Source: an uncultured Pseudobdellovibrionaceae bacterium
GTDB lineage: Bacteria > Bdellovibrionota > Bdellovibrionia > Bdellovibrionales > UBA1609
DNA: 64,000 nt
Reading direction: 5' to 3'
Assembly (NCBI GenBank): GCA_963803705.1
Contig: CAWDNU010000004.1
Span: 288,001-352,000 of the forward strand
The position numbers and the translations under genes were made by a program. Shown piece by piece: positions 58,400 to 64,000 of this stretch. The notes below the pieces were generated by a model. That model searched no databases. It saw only the letters and a program-made list of their open reading frames with translations, and was not told the DNA's origin. The stretch's first letter is position 1; each line of letters starts with the position of its first letter.

Positions 58400-59857
58400 T
58401 TAGTTATGATGTTCCAACCAATCGATTAACAACATGACTCCTTGGCCGGATCCGCCAGTTTGCCTGACTACGTCCCTTTTTCCGTCTACCCAGGAAAATA
58501 TGTCCAAATGAGCCCACTTACAATTTTGGGGCACAAAAAATTTTAGAAATTGCGCCGCAGTGATAGCACCTCCATAACCACTTTGCGCAGAATTCACAAG
58601 GTCTGCTACATCTGAGTTTTGCATTTCACTTTCAGACCAAAAAGGCATAGGCATAGGCCAAACAAAGTCCCCAACTTCTAGGGAAGAAGTATGAAGTTCA
58701 TCAGATAACTTTTTATCGTTAGAAAAAAGACCGCCAATATGGGGCCCCAAACCAACTTTAATAGCACCTGTCAAAGTAGCGATATCAATTACGATCTCTG
58801 GAATTTTTTTCTCTTTACCTAACCAAGATAAAGCGTCAGCAAGTGCTAAACGTCCTTCTGCATCCGTGTTATCAATTTCTACGGTGATTCCATTACCTGC
58901 TGTGCATACGTCGCCAGGCCTAAAGCTGTCATCCCCTATGGAATTTTCAGCAAGGGCAAAATAAAAGTCGATATCATACTTCTGCTTTGAACGAACCAGG
59001 TAGTAAAGCACTCCAAGCACAGCAGCTGACCCACCCATATCTTTTTTCATATTTCGCATGAACTTCGAAGGTTTTAAGTTAAGCCCTCCGGTGTCGAAGG
59101 TGATCCCCTTACCTACAAAAGCAACTTTCTTTTGGGATCCAGAGCTTAAGACCCGAACAAGCTGCGGCTGATTTTTTGAACCTTTACCCACTGAATGGAT
59201 AAGTCCGTAACCCTTCTTTTCCAAGTCTTTAGAAATAGATTCGAACCTATAGTGCTTGCTAGCCCCCAACACGTCCTGGATTAGCTTTGCATAAGTTGTT
59301 GGATTTAAATCGTTAGGTGGTAAGTCGACCAAGTAACGCCCAAAGTTTATTGCCTCTGCTTTCAAGTAGTGAGTTTTAAAAAGGCTATGCCATTTCTTAT
59401 TTAGACCGATACTAATTTTTGGGGCTTTTTTGTTTTTAAAGCTATAGCTTACCGAACAAACGCTTTCAGCGAAAGCTTGGACAAAAAGCTCGCTGTCTGC
59501 AAATTTAGGATCGATTATTAAACTGAATTCTCTTACTTCAGCGGTCAATTTATGACCTAAAAGTTTCTTGAAAGCGTAGTACTTGCATGACTCGAATCCA
59601 CCCACATTCACATCTTTCAAATCTGAATGTAGATACAGATGGACTGTGTTTTTTGCAGTTGAATAAGACCAGTGAGCCACTTGAATTTCTTTCTTCAAAT
59701 TTTCGACCTGCCATTTATCCAGATGCTTCTCTGCATGTTCGAAAATAAATGCTTTTTTGTCAGAAACGATAACCAGGTTGCCTGCTTTTAGTGGGTCAGA
59801 ACCTGAAAGTTTATAGGACGGAAGCTTTTCTTCAGTCCATTTTTTGAATAAAGACAT
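58400..59857 (-). CDS. M17 leucyl aminopeptidase family protein
   Basis: VGKGITFDTGG, MKKDMGG, NTDAEGRL, ATLTGA, WAHLDI. Confidence 0.94.
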   Translation of the reverse strand: MSLFKKWTEEKLPSYKLSGSDPLKAGNLVIVSDKKAFIFEHAEKHLDKWQVENLKKEIQVAHWSYSTAKNTVHLYLHSDLKDVNVGGFESCKYYAFKKLLGHKLTAEVREFSLIIDPKFADSELFVQAFAESVCSVSYSFKNKKAPKISIGLNKKWHSLFKTHYLKAEAINFGRYLVDLPPNDLNPTTYAKLIQDVLGASKHYRFESISKDLEKKGYGLIHSVGKGSKNQPQLVRVLSSGSQKKVAFVGKGITFDTGGLNLKPSKFMRNMKKDMGGSAAVLGVLYYLVRSKQKYDIDFYFALAENSIGDDSFRPGDVCTAGNGITVEIDNTDAEGRLALADALSWLGKEKKIPEIVIDIATLTGAIKVGLGPHIGGLFSNDKKLSDELHTSSLEVGDFVWPMPMPFWSESEMQNSDVADLVNSAQSGYGGAITAAQFLKFFVPQNCKWAHLDIFSWVDGKRDVVRQTGGSGQGVMLLIDWLEHHN

Positions 59858-60088
59858 TGCTATAAACCTCGCATTTTGTCCTAAGACTTGGGGTTAGATT
59901 TTTCTTCAAGACCAAAGTAAATTTACCTTCATAATTTTAAAAACCCAAGTAAAATTAAATGCTTATAAATTAGACTTAAATCTATTACATCTGCTTATGA
60001 CTTGCAGAATGCTTCATTTATGGTCAGCTCGACCAGTCCTCAGGTGAAATTTGCTATAAAAGCATTTTCAAACATCCAGGGGGACATT

Positions 60089-61036
60089 ATGTGGGGCAAA
60101 CTTGTAACAGCGTTGCTATCACTTTTTTTGTTAACTTCATTTCACCAGGCCCATCGCTATCATACGCTGTGCTTTCCAGAAAATGATATGAGTTTTCCAG
60201 AGAACGATATGAGCTTCCCTGAAAATGCCAAGTTGGCCACAGGGTTGAGCAAACCAGAGTTTGATTTAGTCTTGGACGAGTTCGAAGGAATAATGTGGTT
60301 TGAAGTAAATAATGCCGAAGGTGGTGCTAGACTTGTGGTTGAGCGGCTATGGAATAATGACGCTGTAAACGCTTATGCTGTGCCATACGGTATCTATAGA
60401 CAGGTTACTTTTTTTGGCGGTCTAGCAAGGCATCCAAATATGACCACAGATGCTCTAAGGATGGTAGCCTGCCACGAGTTGGGCCATCACTTGGCTGGTC
60501 GACCCTACTGGGAAGAAAAAGATTCTTTAAATCCAACTAGATACATTGCTGGTTCCGAAAGTTGGGCTTCAAGTGAAGGCGAGTCTGATTATTATGCTAG
60601 CTTAAAGTGCTTTAGACACTTAATAATTGAAGGGGAAAAAAATAATTATGGTGTTAAGAGTTCTGATCTAACTAAATACCCGCCAGCTGAAGTTGCACAT
60701 GCAAAAGTCGAATGCGAGAAGAGCTTCACTATGGATCAAGATTTAAGGATTTGTGTAAGATCAAGCCTTGCCGGGCTGGTTCTAGGTCAAATTTTTAAAA
60801 GTCGTTTCATTATGAGAGAGCCAAGTCTAAAATCACCCGCATCAGAAGTTGTTCTGAAAACTGATTTTAAGCACCCACGAGGACAGTGTCGTACAGACAC
60901 TTATTTTCAGGGATCTTTGTGCTCGGTTACTTATAGAAACAGCGTTCATAAAGATGATCCTTCAAAAAACACTTGTAGCCGCAAACAAAATTATTCCGTC
61001 GGGCTAAGGCCCCTATGTTGGTACAAACCGTCCTAG
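60089..61036 (+). CDS. secreted zinc metalloprotease (M48-like HExxH), Cys-rich C-terminus
   Basis: ATG after GGGGG; signal peptide; VNAYA, GGLARHP, CHELGHH, EGESDYYA. Confidence 0.75.
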   Translation: MWGKLVTALLSLFLLTSFHQAHRYHTLCFPENDMSFPENDMSFPENAKLATGLSKPEFDLVLDEFEGIMWFEVNNAEGGARLVVERLWNNDAVNAYAVPYGIYRQVTFFGGLARHPNMTTDALRMVACHELGHHLAGRPYWEEKDSLNPTRYIAGSESWASSEGESDYYASLKCFRHLIIEGEKNNYGVKSSDLTKYPPAEVAHAKVECEKSFTMDQDLRICVRSSLAGLVLGQIFKSRFIMREPSLKSPASEVVLKTDFKHPRGQCRTDTYFQGSLCSVTYRNSVHKDDPSKNTCSRKQNYSVGLRPLCWYKPS

Positions 61037-61233
61037 GTCGTAAATCAAGTTTTTACTCAAGTCTTCTTCTTAAATTTTTAGCAATTTATAAAATATTGCA
61101 TCTTGAATATGCGGCAAAGATGCTTTAAACCTAAAAATCATAAGCTGATTTTAATTTGGCTCGTGATATTTTTCATAATGTGACTTACATTCTTTTTTTA
61201 GGTTACTGAGAAGTACTTATTTTTTTTGTTTGT

Positions 61234-61309
61234 GGCGGCCGTAGCTCAGTGGTAGAGCCCCGGATTGTGATTCCGGTGGTCGCGGGTTCAAGCCCCGTCG
61301 GTCGCCCCA
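61234..61309 (+). tRNA. tRNA-His (GTG)
   Basis: G-1 plus acceptor GCGGCCG/CGGTCGC, D arm GCTC/GAGC, anticodon GTG, GGTTCAA T loop, C73 and encoded CCA. Confidence 0.97.
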
Positions 61310-61430
61310 TTTTTAGAAGTAGATTTAGCACAAATAAAAAAACATAAATAACTGTCTACACTTAGTAGATTCAATCTGAGCAAGGTTCAATTGCCTGATA
61401 TTTCATAAAATTTCATTGTATTTCACAGCT

Positions 61431-61474
61431 TGAAGCCTTTTTGAAGCCTCTCTGAAGCCTCTCTGAAGCCTTTC
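61431..61474. repeat. 11-bp tandem repeat x4
   Basis: TGAAGCCTTTT, TGAAGCCTCTC, TGAAGCCTCTC, TGAAGCCTTTC. Confidence 0.85.
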
Positions 61475-61559
61475 AATTTGGCCGAAATACATAAGCCGCT
61501 CTAATTCTCTGGATTCTTCAAAAGCAAAAAAGAAAATCAAAACTTATTGGAGAATCAAA

Positions 61560-61742
61560 ATGATAAGAGAAATTATAGACGCCATAATTGCAATAGCCTT
61601 TTGCTTTAGCATCGTGTTTGGGAGCAAAGAGGCTTACACATTTGTAAAAAAAGAGACAGCAAAATTGCTGAGCCGAGGTCAAAACAACCTTAGTGATTTC
61701 AATAAAAATTTAACCAAAAAACAGTATGACTGGGAAAAATAA
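61560..61742 (+). CDS. small membrane-anchored hypothetical protein (60 aa)
   Basis: GGAG RBS, N-terminal TM, followed by a terminator. Confidence 0.65.
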   Translation: MIREIIDAIIAIAFCFSIVFGSKEAYTFVKKETAKLLSRGQNNLSDFNKNLTKKQYDWEK

Positions 61743-61764
61743 AAAAGTTCCAAATTTGATGATT

Positions 61765-61790
61765 AACCCGCGCTTGAAGCGGGTTTTTTT
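61765..61790 (+). terminator. rho-independent terminator
   Basis: AACCCGC-gcttgaa-GCGGGTT followed by a T run, between convergent genes. Confidence 0.8.
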
Positions 61791-61794
61791 ATGC

Positions 61795-62829
61795 CTAAAA
61801 TATGAAATTAGAGTTTAGTGTCTTAATCATCTGCAAACAAGGATTGGCTTCGCCCCAAAGAGCAGGAAACTCCTCTAATGGAGAAAATCCATTTTTTAAA
61901 TAGAAATTCCTAGTTTTTTCATAGAATTTATCAACTCTATTCTCAGACAGTGTTTTAACGGTCAGAAATTCAAACTTCTGCTTTGAAAGGTCATCTTCAA
62001 CAAAAGCTAATAGCCAAGACCCATAATTCTTACCATGACACTTTTCCTTTAAGCCCATAACATATATTTCAACAGATTTTTTAAAGTGCACTTTGGTGGA
62101 TACAAAGCCAATAATTGCACCTTTGACCTGAATAGCGTACATAGGAAATTTTTTAGACTCCTTGACGTAATTCACTATCGCAGACTCAATACCAAACCAT
62201 TTAGGTAATGACCTTAAAATCTCTTCACAGATCTTAGATTTTTCTTTTTCGGCATCAATCATTAAAAATTCAGTAGCTTCAAATTTCTTAATACTTATTT
62301 TTGTCTGACTGATTGCATACACAGTGGAGGCAATTAGCGTTTCGTCACCTATTTTTTTTCTTATTTCTAAAGCCTCTTCAAAAGCTTTAAGCGCTGATTC
62401 ATAATCATATTGGTCAAATAAATTTTTACCCGTGTGTTGAAGAGCGAAATGCAGATAAGTTTGTAAACTATTTTCAGTCTTACAAGCATCTAGACACTCT
62501 TCAAACATAAAATCTGAAAGTTCAAACCGTTTTTGCCATTGATAGACGTGAGCCAATCTTAGGCTGTTAACAAGCCATAAGTTCACTGGCATTTGCTCTT
62601 TTTCTATATAAACCATTGCTTCAGTTAAAAGATCATCCGCTTGATCAAGTTCGCCAATTAGTCTTGAATAGGGTCCTGCTTCACCTAAAATTTTAACTGT
62701 CTCTTCTGCGCTTTGAACAATTTCTAATTTTCCAAGTAGCTCTTCAATGTATAGTTTAACGTCAGAAGGCGAACAGGGAACATCACGTAAACCTTTGTCG
62801 AACTTATAAGTTAAATCATATTTAGACAT
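61795..62829 (-). CDS. TPR domain - GNAT acetyltransferase fusion
   Basis: N-half: RLAHVYQW, FALQH.GK..FD TPR-like. C-half: ILR.LP.WFG, HGKNYGS.L, L.VKTL, Y..TR.FY...GF.PLE. Confidence 0.8.
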   Translation of the reverse strand: MSKYDLTYKFDKGLRDVPCSPSDVKLYIEELLGKLEIVQSAEETVKILGEAGPYSRLIGELDQADDLLTEAMVYIEKEQMPVNLWLVNSLRLAHVYQWQKRFELSDFMFEECLDACKTENSLQTYLHFALQHTGKNLFDQYDYESALKAFEEALEIRKKIGDETLIASTVYAISQTKISIKKFEATEFLMIDAEKEKSKICEEILRSLPKWFGIESAIVNYVKESKKFPMYAIQVKGAIIGFVSTKVHFKKSVEIYVMGLKEKCHGKNYGSWLLAFVEDDLSKQKFEFLTVKTLSENRVDKFYEKTRNFYLKNGFSPLEEFPALWGEANPCLQMIKTLNSNFIF

Positions 62830-62912
62830 TATAATTTTTTCCTGCACGTTTTTTAAAAAAAACAGAGACTTGTTTGGCTGATTTATTCACGTAATCTAAT
62901 CAAGGGATTTGG

Positions 62913-63989
62913 TTAGTTTAAATAAAAATATGAATCAATAGTATTTGAAATATCTTCTAAAACAGGAGTATCAAGCTTTCGATAAAAGACATCATCAAAA
63001 CTTGACCTTAAATCTAGTGCATGCCCTCTTTGAGCAAAATACTTAAATTTTAAATTAGAGTTTTTCCACACAATATTATTAGCTGTTTCAATAGCTTTCA
63101 CAACGTAACTAGGCGTTTGATTATCCCATTCGCCATGAAGAAATAGAACTTTCTTTTTAATCTTTTTTAATATGTCTGAAGGGCGACCCATTTTAATTTC
63201 AAAATTGCGAATTGAAGCATTATGAAATTGATCAACAAAAAGGTAATTCAAATAATTTGCAGAATTAAACTCAGTCAAATCTAACTCACCATTTCTATCA
63301 AGATCGATTGTACCCATCTTACGTAATAGCTGCGGAGATTGTTTAAGCTCTACAATATCAAGATTAAAATTGCTATCAATATCTAGGGATGTAAAATATC
63401 GCGAAGACCTATATACAATCTGTTCAAAAGAGACTGTTGTTAAAGGTTCATTATAAAATCCAATCAAAATTACGCCATCAACATCTTGGCTCTCATTTAA
63501 AGCAAAAAGAGCTAAATTAGTTCCCTGGCTATGTCCAAGGATGTATATTTTTTGTTTTGGATCTAGGGATTTGGCATATTTAATAAAAATAAGCAGATCA
63601 TCATAAAATATCTGCATAGGGTCGTTTAAAAATTTTATGTATTCTTCAGATTCTTCATAACCTATTTTTCTTTTAATCAATTCAGCAGCTGAATAAGATC
63701 TTTTATCATATCTTAATGTCGTGAAACCTTTATCTCTAATTGTAGATGCAATATCTTTAAAAAATAAATTGGTAGTGTCTTTAGGTAAAGATATAGATGA
63801 CAAGTCGACATCCATATTATTAGGACCTGAACCATGAACTAAAATCACAGTTCCTTTTGAATTCTTCGCAGGGTATTCAATTGTAAATGGTAGATCAGTG
63901 CCATTAATCTGAGGAGGTTCTATAACTTTAGAAAAAGAATTGTTAGCCATTAACAAAGATAAAATTAATGTAAATATAGAATTAATCAT
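62913..63989 (-). CDS. secreted alpha/beta hydrolase with inserted EF-hand pair
   Basis: Signal peptide; HGSGP, RYDKR, GHSQG, HGEWD, H; DIDSNFNLDIVE and DLDRNGELDLTE. Confidence 0.85.
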   Translation of the reverse strand: MINSIFTLILSLLMANNSFSKVIEPPQINGTDLPFTIEYPAKNSKGTVILVHGSGPNNMDVDLSSISLPKDTTNLFFKDIASTIRDKGFTTLRYDKRSYSAAELIKRKIGYEESEEYIKFLNDPMQIFYDDLLIFIKYAKSLDPKQKIYILGHSQGTNLALFALNESQDVDGVILIGFYNEPLTTVSFEQIVYRSSRYFTSLDIDSNFNLDIVELKQSPQLLRKMGTIDLDRNGELDLTEFNSANYLNYLFVDQFHNASIRNFEIKMGRPSDILKKIKKKVLFLHGEWDNQTPSYVVKAIETANNIVWKNSNLKFKYFAQRGHALDLRSSFDDVFYRKLDTPVLEDISNTIDSYFYLN

Positions 63990-64000
63990 AACAGCGCTAC

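Noticed and set aside
61431..61474. CRISPR array
   Set aside because: Contiguous 11-bp units without spacers; no cas genes.
61234..64000. Genomic island integrated at tRNA-His
   Set aside because: No integrase and no duplicated tRNA 3' end seen within the window.

Overview
AT-rich, gene-dense bacterial chromosome segment. Gene content points to a predatory Bdellovibrionota member (inference): mreC-mreD-mrdA-rodA without mreB, tamB followed by an Omp85 gene, many secreted proteases, orphan pilin-like and Cys-rich secreted proteins, and sigma28 and sigma54 promoter motifs. Core genes recognised: purT, ppiD, mreC, mrdA (frameshifted), rodA, trxA, dprA, lptF-like, comEC (split), ald, lpxC, ruvCAB, efp, tamB, gpmA, fadD, an M17 aminopeptidase and tRNA-His. 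No CRISPR array, integrase, transposase or rRNA was seen. Most notable observations: (1) a solitary HK97/GTA-type prohead protease that carries a predicted signal peptide and sits behind a host sigma54 promoter with no capsid or portal genes; (2) a recurrent leaderless promoter architecture, with sigma54 -12 exactly 12 nt before the start codon at three genes and sigma28 -10 5-7 nt before ATG at five genes; (3) a subtilisin-TM-PilZ fusion; (4) a head-to-head MnmC-type methyltransferase / TIGR01212 radical SAM / ferredoxin locus; (5) a dihaem cytochrome-beta-barrel fusion; (6) a DnaA-box cluster inside a reduced competence locus. All family calls come from motif recognition by eye, not database searches.
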